Below, piece by piece: positions 40,063 through 53,967 of a stretch of DNA of 64,000 nucleotides. The notes below the pieces were generated by a model. That model ran no database searches and was not told the DNA's origin. It saw only the letters and a program-made list of their open reading frames with translations. The stretch is from Octopus vulgaris (lineage: Eukaryota), in assembly GCA_951406725.2 (NCBI GenBank), contig OX597822.1:45570001-45634000 (forward strand), given 5' to 3'. Positions within the stretch are counted from its first letter, which is position 1; every line of letters begins with the position of its first letter. The position numbers and the translations under genes are program-made.

Positions 40063-40370
40063 AAGATAAGAAAATAGAGAGATAATTAATAATTATTTAT
40101 TAATTAAAAATTAGACATCATCTATGACAGCTGTTTCGATTCCAGACCTTTAGAAATTAATTACGATAATTAAAATAATTATTAATTATCTCTCTATTTT
40201 ATCTTCTTGAAATATATATAAACTACGGTTTATCCTGTTACCTTGCAGCTAAATATTAATTATAATATTCAACACTTTTTAAATAGGAAACTAACCAGGA
40301 TTTTCATTGGATTTTATTATCCCTTATTCAGGTTTGTAACCTTTATTTGAACTTAGGAGTGGCTGCTGTC

Positions 40371-40412
<42 letters not shown>

Positions 40413-40444
40413 TTTATTTAAAGCAGCAGAAAATTCAACAAAAC

Positions 40445-40482
40445 CTGTTACTCTGAGTTTCACGTTCCCGTTCGTCGGACAG
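40445..40482 (-). ncRNA. Minimal hammerhead ribozyme motif (U4C core) in a short PLE-type tail
   Basis: Minus strand: ctgt-CCGACGA-acg ggaa cgt-GAAAC tcaga GTA-acag, followed by AATAAA and (TA)n. Confidence 0.65.
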
Positions 40483-40975
40483 TTTTTGCTAACAAAAACT
40501 GTCCGACGAACGAACGATATGTATGTACGTACGTATGTATATGTTTGTGTGTCTATGTTTGTCCTCCCAACATCGCTAGACAACCGATGCTGATGTGTTT
40601 ACGTTCCCGTAACTTAGCGGTTCGGCAAGACAGATAGGTAGAATAAGTACTAGGCTTACAAAGAATAAGTCCTGGGGTCGATTTGCTCGACTAAAGGTGG
40701 TGCTCCAGCATGGCCGCAGTCAAATGACTGAAACAAATAAAAGAATATGTAAATGATGTTTTCAAATTTTGTCATAGGGTCAGCGGTTTTTTAAAGGGAG
40801 GGGAAAAGTCGGTTGTATCCACTTCAGTACTTGACTGATACTTATCTAATCGACCCCAAAAGAATGAAAGGCAGACCGCAGCATAATTTGAGCTCAGAAC
40901 GCAAAAGAGGACGAAACAATTCTAAGCGTTTTGTCTGGCGTGCAAATAGTTCTGCCAGCTCGTCTTACATATTTT

Positions 40976-41139
40976 ATCGTATCTACTCGTGTATAAACCG
41001 CACCACTCTTATAGTGCTGAATCTTGGTACAAAATTTTTCCGTTCCTAGTTTTAGTTTTGCTCCGAGCATAAGTCGCGCCCCCAGACTTTTGAGTTTAAA
41101 TCAAGTATAGTGCGACTTATACACGTGTACACGCGGTAA
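40976..41139. mobile_element. Short Tc1/mariner-superfamily (Tc2/pogo-like) MITE
   Basis: Imperfect TIRs tcgtatctactcgtgtataaaccgcac / gtgcgacttatacacgtgtacacgcgg flanked by TA. Confidence 0.55.
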
Positions 41140-42062
41140 TTAAAATTTACACCTGTAATCCGTTCTAGTATAGGCACAAGACCTGGATTATGTGGGGTGA
41201 GGGACAGTCGATCACATCGACCCCAATACTCAACTGGTACTTGATTTATTGACCCCGAAAGGGTGAAAGGTAAAGTTGACCTTGGCAGTATTTGAACTCA
41301 GACGAAAAATTAGACCTGTAATGAAGAGGAAATGATCGAGTTAAGGATTAATTGTGATGAAGAAATGTAAGAAGTGAACAGGAGCATAAACAATGCCAAT
41401 GTAGATTTGAAAAACGGAAGAAATAAAGCCGCAGGCATGGCTTCGTAACCATATGGTTTCGGGTTCAGTTCCCTTGCGCAGCACTTTATGCAGTAGGGTC
41501 TTCTGCTCTATCCTCAGGTTGTCCAATGCCTTTTCAGTGAGTTTAGCAGTCGGAAACTATGGAAGCTCGTCGTGTATGAATGTGTGTGTGTGTGCTATTT
41601 GCATGCTATAAATCAGTGATTCAGAATGCATTTGTGGCTATTTAATTTGACGCTGAATGAGATAGGGCTAATCGATTTCCACATCAATAGTGCTATTTAC
41701 GGACCTTATTTATCTCAAGTGAAAGCGAGCCAAAGGCTAAAGATTGATCCAAGAAAACTTTATGATGGAGCCATTCGATAACTTCGATTAGCTTCTATCT
41801 TCGATTAACTTTCGCTCACCGAGTAACTGCAGATCCGAGGATAAGGAAAAAGAACACATTGGTCCAAGATGCCACGCACGCACTAAGACTGAACCTGAGA
41901 CCTCGTAGTTGCGAAGCGAATTTCTAAATAATTCAGCCATAATGCAACTAAATACACAGACAACATACATGCATGCATGGAAGAAAGTGTGTGTGTGTGT
42001 GTGCGTGTGCATGCGCACGCATTATATGTAAACATATACGTGTGCTGATAAATGTACGTATT

Positions 42063-42099
<37 letters not shown>

Positions 42100-42691
42100 G
42101 AGCAAAACGCTCCCCGTCCAATGGATGGTGCTGAGTTGCCAAACATTTAAACTAAATTTTCTCAAAACAACTTGTCCGACCGTCCCACAGGCATCCCCTT
42201 TGAGAAACACTGATTTAACCTAAATTTGAGACACCAGCAAAAGCAGAAATAAAGATAGACTTTTTTCTATTACAAAGAAAAACGATTTTATTCACACAAA
42301 TATGCAACCGAAGAGTTTAAAGTACCAGTAATGATAAGGCTGTTGACTGGGAGAACACAAACATGGTTTAAACAGTAAGCTTGGCATGTTCCCACGGCTT
42401 TTTCGATCGCATTCTCACCGGGAATCGATTTTTGTAAATTTTTCAAGACTTATACACGCCCTAATACCGTCGGTATCTGCATATCGAATTTGAGCGCAAT
42501 CGGATGGAGGATGCTCGAGATCCTAGAAGACATACACACAGACAGACAGAACGGATTTTATATGATAGATGTGTGTGTGTGTGCCTATCTGTCTGTGTAT
42601 ATAGCGATTCGCTAATCATCCATAGATTTTTACGACGGAAACATATATACCGACAGAGAATTAAGTCCGAAATTTGCCGTAGTCGAGCCAG

Positions 42692-42744
42692 TCCTTACTG
42701 ATGAGGCAACGGAAATTGCCGAAACTGACCGATCAGTGTAGGGA
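42692..42744 (+). ncRNA. Type-I hammerhead ribozyme motif with canonical core and G at the cleavage position
   Basis: tcctta-CTGATGA-ggcaa cggaaa ttgcc-GAAActga ccga tcagT-G-taggga; all three stems pair. Confidence 0.75.
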
Positions 42745-43354
42745 ATTCTCGATCGGTGTTTTCGGTCGATTATAATCTTTGTCTGTACATATGTAAACAA
42801 TTATGTGCTTTGACTACAGCATTAAAGCATTTTAGCTCTTGTTTCTTGTAATGTAGGTGTTTCTAGCACTCTAGTCACATTTAGTGTCAATTATGGTTTT
42901 CCTTTTTGGTAAAACATTGCACACTGCTGTCTACATTAATTTTATATCGTTGCTATTACGTTAAACTGTCGTATGTCCAAATTTGGACAAATGCGTTTTT
43001 TTTTTTTCAATATTTATTTTTCCTTACAATAGCCGGTTCTTTTGGTTAAACTATCGTATCTCCAGTTGCTTCAGATGCCAAGGTATCAAAAATTGTTAAA
43101 ATCTAGTACAACAGTTTTGCTATGGAATGGTGAAACTATTTTTTTCGTTTTCTGAAAAAGCAACTTTTTGAACTTACGACACGTTTGCATAATACCAACG
43201 ATATATATATATAAACATTTATTGTAGAGCTAAGATTACTATATATTAATCCAGTGATTACGTATTCCATTGTTACACATAACTTATTTACAATAAACAG
43301 ATTAAAGATATAAAATATTGGTGAATGGCCATTTGTGAACATAAAAATACAATT

Positions 43355-44377
43355 TTATATCATAAAAGAGAAGCGGCTCTTCGTCTGTCTGTCTATTGCA
43401 AAATCTATTACGGGGAAGAAAGAAGCGGGTGATCATAATATACGTCACAACGTGTATTTAGAAGAAGGGGGAGAAAAGTTGTTGAAGAGAAGCACACCTC
43501 TGTCTGTATGTCCGTCACAATATCTATTATAGGGAGGGACAGAAGGGGAGGAATCAAAATATACGTCACAACGTGCATTTAGAAGAGAGAAGAAAAAGTT
43601 GTTGTTGAGGGAGAAATAGTTTGTGAGAGAGAGAGAGTAATAAAGAAAGTATATTGTATGAAAGGTAAGTAGTGTTGCCACCATAGTAACTAATGAGTTT
43701 TGATTTGAAATGCAGGAATTTTAAGTGCAAGTTTGTCAACACAACGCAAGACTGCTTCAAATAATAATAAACGCGAAATTCTGTTTATCCGTCAGGGACC
43801 CCTGTATCTCAGTCTACATTTGCTCTACAGAGACATATTATAAAATTTTGGAATCAGGATGATCTCGGGATTGAAAATGTACCCTCCATTTGGTTCTTGA
43901 ATATCAAGTATTGGGATGAGGTTTGAATGACGATATGCTAACAGTTGAAAATTCAAATTTTAAAAGAACTCCAAAACTTTGTGAACTTACAAGATTTTCA
44001 TTTAAACATTGGTGAAAGTAGTACCATATTGGTAGGGTACCAATAAATGTTTTGATATTATTGCTTTCTTTAAGGCGGCGAGCAGGTAGGAACGTTAGTA
44101 AGCCTGGCGAAATTCATGGCGGTATTTCGTCTGTCTTGATGCTCTGAGTTCAAATTCCGCTGAGATTGACTTTGCCTTTCATCCTTTCGAGATAAATTAA
44201 GTACCAGTTGCGTACTGGGGTCGATCTAATCAACTGGGCCCCTTCCCCAAAAATTTCGGGCCGTGTGCCTAGAGTAGAAAAGAATATTATTGCTCTCTTT
44301 AGTTTTGGGCCAGAGTCCCAATTAACCCTCCACAGGAGCTAGTTTAAAAGTCGCATGGAGTGCGACTTTTAAGCTAG
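43355..44377 (+). mobile_element. Probable non-autonomous Helitron carrying a SINE B insertion
   Basis: 3' hairpin taaaagtcgca-tggag-tgcgactttta then CTAG|T. 5' tatatcataaaa...gtctgtctgtct; 5' boundary uncertain. A further Helitron-like 5' end lies at about 42410-42570 (-). Confidence 0.55.
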
Positions 44378-44531
44378 TTCATTATATAACTATACAGATA
44401 GCTATTTTTTGGTTGTTTGTATGTGTGTGTGTGTATCAGTAGGTTTCTGTATGTCTTTCAACATAGAGGCAATGCACCGCTACACAACTTCAAAAAAATC
44501 AAAGACTTTCACTGTATAACAGTATAGATAG

Positions 44532-44566
<35 letters not shown>

Positions 44567-45804
44567 TGTTTCTGAATGTCTATATATATGGGTGCTACAC
44601 GAGAATGCTGAGGATAGCTCTGAGCATTAATCAGTATACACTGAGGATAAAGAACTCGGAGCTGAACGAGAGCCTCTCAATAGTTAGTTCGAAAATATCA
44701 CTGAGGAAACTCAGCTGGATGAGCTAACCACCATTCAGAGTTGATACAGCACTCAGTACCCCTCTGGGAGCCCCTACATGGCTAAACTAGAAGAGGGAGG
44801 CGAAGATAACATATGTTGATGCCGTAAGGACAGACACGGATCTCTGGGAGACACAGGGCATGGCAGCGATGATGAGGGAGAGATTCGTCCATGGATCTTC
44901 GGAATTTTACCCACCCTAGATACATACATACATACATATGTATCTTTTACCTGTTTCAGTCGTTAGACTGTGGCCATGTTGGGGCATCGCCTTGAAGAAT
45001 TTTAGTCGAAGGAATCGACCCCAGTACTAATTATCTTTTTATAAAGTCTAGTACTTATTCTATTGCTCCCTTTGCTGAACCGCTAAGTTACGGGGCATAA
45101 ACACACCAATAAGGGTTGTCAAGCGGTCACATACATACCTATATATGTGTGTGTGTGTGTGTGTGTATTCAGTTTCCGTCTCTCAAATCCACTCACACGG
45201 CTTTAGTCGGCCCGAGGCTTTGTCCAAGGTGCCACGCAGTGGGACAGAACCCGGAACCATGTGGTTGGGAAGCAGGCCATTTACCTCACAGTCTGTATGT
45301 AACGATTCCCTTTGCGTGATTTATGCGTGAGGGACACAGAATATATTTATCTTGTATGGTGGGGAAGCACCATGGACGCGCATTGATTTCGGGTGCTTAT
45401 TAGATGCAGTTCAAGAAATGTGGTTTGGCATTCAAATCTCACTTGAATCATTTTTGAGACCCTAATTCGTTTTAAGAACAAAGCAACGTGGTCAACAACG
45501 CTAGACACCATTTTTTAGCAAAAATTCTAAAATCTAACAAAAGTACTGTGTATATAGTCTCTCATTTTTTACTGACATAAAAACGACGGTGCATATATAT
45601 TTTTATTGAATTACATATAATTGTGTTCAGAGGAGGTTTTTTTTTACATAAAGTGTGTAGATTTTTTATGGCTAATTCACATGTAATGCTTTTCTTCTTA
45701 TAAGCTTTTTTTCGTATAGGATATATATGTATATATGTGTGAATATTGTCGCTCTACTGTATATAAAATATGAGTATACAGTATTTCTTTCAGTAATTAA
45801 GAAA

Positions 45805-45854
<50 letters not shown>

Positions 45855-45929
45855 CTATTCGCCGATAACTAAGTTCCTAGAAGTGAAATAAAAAACAAAA
45901 CAGCGCAACACATTTCGTTAATCGAGGTA

Positions 45930-46386
45930 TTGATGTGTATGTATGCATATACATATATCTATGTGTGCGTGTATATGTATATATATGTGTGTGTCTGTGT
46001 ATACATACATGTATGTATGTGTGTGTGTGTATATATACATACATGTATGTATGTATATATGTGTGTGTATGTATATACATACATATATATATATATGCAT
46101 GTGTGTGTATGCATATACATATATATGTACGTATGTGTATGTATATACACATATATGTGTATGTATGTACACATATATATATGTATGTATGTGTGTGTAT
46201 GTATATACACATATATATATGTATGTATGTGTATATAAGTATATACACATATATATATGTATGTATGTGTGTATAAGTATATACACATATATATATGTAT
46301 GTATGTGTGTATAAGTATATACACATATATGTATGTATGCATATATATGTTTGTGTCATATATATGTATGTATGTGTATTTATGTG

Positions 46387-46422
<36 letters not shown>

Positions 46423-46524
46423 GTATGTGTATATATATATATATATATATATGTACTTTTTTTATGTATGTATATATATATATATATATGTACGTATGTA
46501 TATATATATATATATATTACATAC

Positions 46525-46560
<36 letters not shown>

Positions 46561-46728
46561 GTATGTATATATATGTACGTATGTATATATATGTACGTAT
46601 GTATATATATGTACGTATGTATATATATATGTACGTATGTATATATATATGTACGTATGTATATATATGTACGTATGTATATATATATATATGTACGTAT
46701 GTATATATGTGTGTGTGTGTGTCATATA

Positions 46729-46764
<36 letters not shown>

Positions 46765-46790
46765 TGTATGTATGTATGTATGTATGTATA
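45930..46790. repeat. Compound TA/TG/TATG microsatellite with tatatatatgtacgtatg units
   Basis: Seen directly. Confidence 0.95.
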
Positions 46791-46972
46791 AGACACACAG
46801 AGAGAGAAAGAGGAATTTCTTCCCAACCAAAAAAAAATGAAAGAAAAAATTGTAAAAACTGTTTGTAAGAAAAGAGCTCTTCAATATAAATTGTTCACAT
46901 TTTTATGTAGAGAAATTCTTTTAATAATCGAAATACTTTTTACACTTGTTTGAAATGCAGTAGTCTGACAAA

Positions 46973-47015
<43 letters not shown>

Positions 47016-47959
47016 TGTGATTGTTGAAAAATCCTGAAAAATCCTTCGAACAATATCTTACGATTCAATATATATATATATATATATATCTTACAGAAGA
47101 AATTCTTTGTGTACAATTATATGTAATTCATTCAAATAATATACACACTTTCTTTACCTTATGCAGCAAGTAAAAAATGCGAAACTGTAATATGTAAATA
47201 TGGTACTCCTGGCTCCGTTAGATTTTTATTTTTATATTTTAAAAAGCAAAAGGCATAAAATGGTGACTACTTTACAGTCTTATGAAACCCTGATTTTTCA
47301 AATAGAAGTTCAGAGCAACCTTTACTAATGTTTATGGTTTCGTGTTTCGTTCAAAATTTAGTAAAGTCTTTTTAAGGCCGCTCAAATCGTTATTTCACTA
47401 AGACTTTTAAGCAAGATCTCCTTTTGTTGAAACCGGTTGCAAAGAAGTTACCTCGTTGTATGAAGTAGACAGTTGCGCTTCTGTTAATTCAAGTTCTCTC
47501 CATGAGGACCGCGTTATTCGCATGCCATAAAATCTCAGCACGGAATTTTATCAGTGAACAGGTCGCGGTCTCAAAGCGACGAAAATATTCTGGCAAATTA
47601 AATTTAAATGTTGAAGTGAATCTAACGGTTTTTGTGTGTTTCTTAAATAGCTTATAAACACCTTCCACGCTGCAATTGTTTTTGTTTCAGCTCACAATCT
47701 CAGGTCAGGTCACTTTCTACGCAAATACATCTCCGTAATAAAATCTCAATATTACCAAAATTAACTTCAAATCCCTCTTTCTGTGCCCTTTTGTACAAAG
47801 TTAAATCGGGTTGAAACTAACTTATCTTCCATTTAACCCCGATCAATTGAAAATCTTGACGTCCCTCAACGTTTCTAGTTTCTGCAGTAGTGGTTCATCT
47901 GTTTGTACATACAGGAAAGAAGAGAGAAGACAACCTCTCGTCTATTCTTTGTGTACTAA

Positions 47960-48490
47960 CGGACTGAGCGCATAATTGCAGCGATCCAACCGCGGAAGAC
48001 GAGATTGAAACCGGTTGCCATGAGGATAGCCGCCAAGTATTGATTGTCGACCCATCAAATACTTTCCGTTAATTTAAATTAATTAGAGCCCTACTCATGC
48101 TTTGTTCCTGATGTATCGTATAAGGTGAAAGTTGTTGTGAATAGCCCTGTTTGAGATGAAGTATGTTTGCGTTTCATCAATAAAACCATTGATGACAGGC
48201 GCCAACTCCTTTGCAAACACATTGGCCAAAAGTTTGAAATCTGTGTTTTGAACAGTTATGGGCAGACTATCCAAACCAGGCGATTTGCCTGCCGTGCAAC
48301 CAGCCATCGCTTCCCTTATTTCTGCAGCTTTTACAATCCTTTCGCAATTCTCTCTCTCCCTCCCTCTTTCTCTCCCTCCCTCTCTCTCTCCCTCTCCCTC
48401 TCACCGAAAGTCATATGGTAGGCTGTCGAGATATGCACAGAAATCCATTCTCCTATCTGGCCCGCAACTGTAAAAGGCAGAGTTGACGCC
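47960..48490 (-). mobile_element. L1/Tx1-clade LINE RT fragment with internal deletion
   Basis: GKSPGLDSLP|ITVQNTDFKLLANVFAKELAPVI..IDETQTYFISNRAIHNNFHLIR. Confidence 0.8.
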
Positions 48491-48794
48491 GGAAAAGAAA
48501 GAGCCGGAATAAATATATTTTCTACACTATGCACAAGGCCCGAAGTTTTTGGAGGAGAGGCCAGTCGAATAGATTGACCCCGGTACGCAATTGGTACTTA
48601 ATTTATCGACCCTGAAAGGATGAAAGGCAAAGTCGACCTTGGCGGAATTTGAACTCAGAACGTAAATGCAGACGAAACACCGCCAAGCATTTCGCCCGGC
48701 GTGCTAACGTTTCTGCCAAGCTCACTGCCTTAGCCGGAATGAATATCGCTATGCATTTTATCTGGCACATTGACGATTCAACCAGCTCGAGACA

Positions 48795-48796
48795 AC

Positions 48797-48833
<37 letters not shown>

Positions 48834-49310
48834 TGCCCTGATGCAGTACCAGACAGTGGCTCTCGTGGCTTCTGATCCTAACTAACTGGAAGTGTTATCA
48901 TGTACATTGTTTTATCTTGGTATAAAAGATGGGCTACAGCAAATATTCTGCTCAACACCACAGATTCGCTTGTCAGTTGTTTGACCTTAACCAGTTGACC
49001 ATGTCCCTTAGTGACTGACGATATGTTCATCTCTGGTCATGAGCAGAAATAGTGGGGGAGCATCATAGCCGTGTGTTGAAATGGAATTCTTAGAGGTTTG
49101 GATAATTCAACTTTGGAAACATGGGTGGTTCGTTCAACATCATTAAACAATCCTTATTCAGGGACCTTTTGAGTGGGATGGGCTACTCGACCAGAAGAAA
49201 ATTCTAACTGGGCCCCACCTGCAAGGCCATGCGCTGTTTATCTTGATATGAGATCACTATGTCGCACACGTATGGCTGTGATGCATGTGCCTGATGTACC
49301 CTACATGCAC
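48795..49310 (-). mobile_element. Probable retroelement 3' fragment ending in (TTA)n; family unassigned
   Basis: Complex sequence bounded by a (TAA)n run, with no recognisable protein motif. Confidence 0.4.
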
Positions 49311-50199
49311 TACTCTCTCACTCAATAATAATAAGAAGAAGAACAAGAATCCTGTCGACAATAGGCACAAATCTGAAAAGCTGCATAAATCTCGTTGGGT
49401 TCAAGGAACATACCCCCATCACGGTCCATCAAAGACCGCATTGTGGCTGCTTTGTTGCCACGTTGCGCGTGTACCATTCGTCCACTCGTATCTTAGAGCA
49501 TGCGCTTTAGCTTTGACTACGCAGCTTTTGTGCTTTTACATTTAAGAATTAGTCAAGAGATAGTCTCAACATGAGCCCATTGGCATCGATGCCTTTCCTG
49601 AACGCTTCATCTAAGTTTCTAACTAAGGCTCCATCTAATTTATTTTTCTACTTATCGATTCTACTTTGATTATCCTTTTCAGAACGAATCGCCATTTGTT
49701 GCAGACGATTGACCCTGTCAACGCCTGCTTAACTAAATCACTAAGCCAGTCTCTATAAGCTTGGCACGCTTGGAGTGATACGTTCAGCTTCCAGTAACCG
49801 GATTTCTACCTAAGGGACCTACCTAGTTCTACTGTTCAGATCACAAATTTGTGGTGTATATAGCCAGCAATTTTGAATTGGGAACAGCCTAGGTTATCTC
49901 TGTTTACTGGTCTACAGAATACTCTACCTTGATATGGATGACCTGATGCAGTTTGTTCATGTTCATGCTGGCACATTTAAGAAATTCACTCGACACCTGT
50001 CTGACAGTTGAAAACGTCTAAGCAGGTTTGTGGGGCTTTTGCACACACACGCGCGCGCTCTCCCTCCAATCGACTATCTAGTCCAAGCAACCATCAAAAT
50101 ACCGTTCTAATCTACCAGCACTGAGAAGCGAAGAATTCCTAATAAGCACTCCCAGACACGTAAACAAATCGGCCAACCTGGCGTAGATGACTATGATTT

Positions 50200-51067
50200 T
50201 AGAAGTATACTCTTCTTTGCTGTTCAAGTCCAGTACAAGCACTTGAGAATGAATGAAACTGAAAATATGTGAACAAAGGAAAGAATGCAGGGACAATTTC
50301 ATAGGGATGTTGAACATAAGACAGAGAAAAAAGATGGCTATGGATGACTAAAAGTGATTTATAAGCGGAAGCTCTAGTCTGTGCTACCCAAGAGCAAGCA
50401 TTAAGATCCAATTACATCAAATACAGAATAGAGAGCACATCAGAAAGTGGTAAGTGCAGAATTTGTGGACAAAATGGTGAAACTGAATGGTACATTAACA
50501 GTCAATGTACGCCTCTAGCCTAGAAAGAATATAAGAAACGTCATGACAACATAGCAAGGAGTATGGACTTGACAGAACAAAATAGTGGTACGAACATAAA
50601 CCCGAAGGCATCGTCGAAAATGATAATGCAAAGATCCTATAGGATTTTATGATTCAGTGCGACCATGAGATAGAGAATAGGGAACCAGACATAGTCTTAA
50701 GAAAGAAAGCAAACGATGCTGGATTATACGTATAGCATGCCCAGCTGACAAGATATGCGACAAGGAGGAAAGAAAAGTCGATAGATGTGACAGGTTAGCC
50801 TGGGAGGTTAAGCAGTTGTGATCGATGAAAAAGGTGGTAGTAGTACCAATAACTGTCAGAGTCCTGGGAACAGTGAGTAAAAATCTCGAGAACGACATGG
50901 AACAAATAGGGGCTGCAATAAGGGTGGAACCGCTCGAATACTCCGGATGGTGCTCGAAAAATAAGAAGTGTTACCTTAGTTCACTGGTAGTGAACAACTG
51001 ACACTGTAGTACATCTCCAGTGTTAGAAGCTGTGCAAAGATAATAATAATAATAATAATAATAATAA
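50200..51067 (+). mobile_element. R4/Dong-clade non-LTR retrotransposon 3' part (CCHC + RLE), ending in (TAA)n
   Basis: QEQALRSNY...KCRICGQNGET..I.SQC..LA..EYKKRHDNIA; WYEHKPEGIVENDNAKIL.DF.IQCDH.I..REPDIV; VVVVPITVRVLGTVSKNL; stops present. Confidence 0.9.
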
Positions 51068-52299
51068 AGTACTTGTAGATTAATAGATGTAATTGTTCCC
51101 ACTGATAAAAATATATTCTAAAGATAGTGCTGACAAGTACAGCCCACATCTTTATAAAAACCCTATCCATATAAAATGTCAGTGTTTTATTACATGAAGA
51201 TATTTCGCTACTGCTCCTGCCACTTCCCCTCCCCAAGCTTTTAGTCATACGATAACATGTCTTATCCTTCACTCGCCTCAGGAAGCTGAGTGTGACTCGG
51301 CGAGTGATTGTAACAAACATGCAGATTAAAAGTAAATAACAATAATGCTAGTAGTTTCTGCTATCTTCATTTTTTATTTTGTCTTTTTACATTTTGTCTT
51401 CTTTTCCTGTTTAATTCTCTCTTCTCTTCACTCTGTTTCTACATCTTCTTTCTGCCTCCTTTTCCAGTTCACTTCTTTCTTCTGCGTTCTGTCTACACAA
51501 GTCTTGCAAGCGCAGGTGTGTGGATCTTGTTTCAATTTGAATTATTCTAGATTTCGAAGGACTTGTAGAAACAATAAAACTATTTTTTCTATAGCACAAC
51601 ACGCACAATACCACACGCTGTATTTGTATTTGTTATTTTGATCTGGATGCTCGAGTTGTTGTTGTTTAGTCCAGTGGAGCGAAAGGGTTCCTCAATAAGA
51701 CCATTCTTTTATCTTTCGTATTTTACTTCTTTGTCATTAAACTGCTGTCATGCTATGACAAAGTCTTGAAGAATTTTAGTCGAACAAAACAACAGAGGTA
51801 CTTGTTTTGTTTTTTTTTAAAAAAAAGCTTAGTACTTAGTCTGTAAGTCTCTTTTGCCGAACTGCTAAATTACGGGGGCGTGAAAACACCAACACCGGTT
51901 GTCAAGCGGTGGATGGGGACAAAAACAGACACACAAACACACACATATATCGGTTTTTTCCGAACCGCTAAGTTATGGGGACGTAAACACACCAATACCG
52001 GTTGTCAAGTGGTAGTGGGGGATAAACGCAGAAACAAGACACACACACATATGTGTGTGTGTGTGTGTGTGTGTGTACATGACGGGCTTCTTACAGTTTT
52101 TCGTCTACCAAATCCACTCACAGGGCTTCAGTTAGCCCGAGGCTATAGCAGAAGACACTTGCCAAAGGTGTCACGCAGTGTGACTGAACCCAAAACCATG
52201 TGGTTGGGAAGCAAGCTACGTACCACACAGCCACGCCAGCGTCTCGCACCAATATGCTTGACCAGCTTACTCGTACCTTCGTCGTTTCCTATTTATTCA

Positions 52300-52890
52300 T
52301 TTCTACTCTAGGCACAAGGCCCGACATTTTGGGAGAGGGGCCAGTCAATTAGATCAACCCCAGTACGTAACTGGTACTTAATTTATTGACTCCGAAATGA
52401 TTAAAGGCAAAGTGGACCCCGGCGGAATTTGAACTCAGAACGTAAAGACATACGAAATACCTATTTCTTTACTACCCACAAGGAGCTAAACACAGAGAGG
52501 ACAAACAAGGACAGACAAACGGATTAAGTCGATTATATCGACCTCAGTGCGTAACTGGTACTTAATTTATCGACCCCGAAAGGATGAAAGGCAAAGTCGA
52601 CCTCGGCGGAATTTGAACTCAGAACTTAGCGGCAGACGAAATACCTATTTCTATTTCTTATACCTATTTCTTTATTACTCACAAGGGGCTAAACATAGAG
52701 GGGACAAACAAGGACAGACATGGGTATTAAGTTGATTACATCGATCCCAGTGCGTAACTGGTACTTAATTTATCGACCCCGAAAGGATGAAAGGCAAAGT
52801 CGACCTCGGCGGAATTTGAACTCAGGACGTAACGGCAGACGAAATACGGCTACGCATTTCGCCCGGCGTGCTAACGTTTCTGCCAGCTCG
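52300..52890 (-). mobile_element. Trimeric SINE family B array
   Basis: Head, then two core-linker units, then a core with the gccttgtgcctagagtagaaa tail. Confidence 0.88.
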
Positions 52891-53284
52891 CTTCCTATTT
52901 ATTATTGAGCCAATGGGATTAGTAGAATCGTTGGAACGTCGCGAAAATCTTGAGCAGTATTTCTTTTTGTTCTTTATTTTTACCATAACAACAACAAATC
53001 ACAACAGAAACATCTACACAGCTATGACTATAGCAAGAACAACAGGAGCCAAAACTAACAACAACAGCAGCAATAACAACAACAACTGCTATAATACCAT
53101 TGAAACATCAAATATCTCCTCTCGGCTCAATCGATTCTGTGTCAAATTCAAATTTGCATAAGTGGCAACTTAAAAACAAAGGTGGCTGCTTTTCATTGGT
53201 TTGTTTTGGGTTCGAGATACACTCACTCACTCTCTATCTATCTATCTATCCCCTCTCTTACATGCAAAGACACACACTTGGTTT

Positions 53285-53317
<33 letters not shown>

Positions 53318-53391
53318 CAGAGAGAGAGAGAGAGAGAGAGAAACATATACACACAAACACACGTATTTGTTTGTGCATACTGATGTATGTA

Positions 53392-53424
<33 letters not shown>

Positions 53425-53935
53425 TCTAACAGGTATTTCTGTATGCATACTGTGTGTGTATTGATGTATGTGTGTGTATATACACACACATTCTGGCATA
53501 CACATATATATATGTGTGTGTGTGTATTTCAATACATGTGCGTAAGCATCTCTGTGTATATTTGTGTATGTATCTGAATATATGAATGTATATTCATGAT
53601 TTATGCATATGTGCGTGTATATATATACATATATATGTATATGTGTGTATGTGTGTGTATTACTTATTTACGCAAAAATATACACGAATACACATATTAC
53701 ATATACACCTGTACATGAAACATATATGTCTGGGTTGATATGTTACCTATAGATAATTGGACATTTATATACACTTGTGCACATGCGGCTACATTACATA
53801 CATGTGTATATGTATGCGAGCATACATGTGAGTATATGCGTGTATATTACAAATTTGTGTGTATACATGTCATTGTGTGCTTGTGTTGAAAATAAGACGT
53901 GTTTGTGGTGTGAATATAAAGTCTTGTATTCGTGC

Positions 53936-53967
<32 letters not shown>

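Noticed and set aside
46540-46705. Regular 18-20 bp repeats resembling a CRISPR-like array
   Set aside because: No unique spacers; simple microsatellite-derived minisatellite in eukaryotic DNA.
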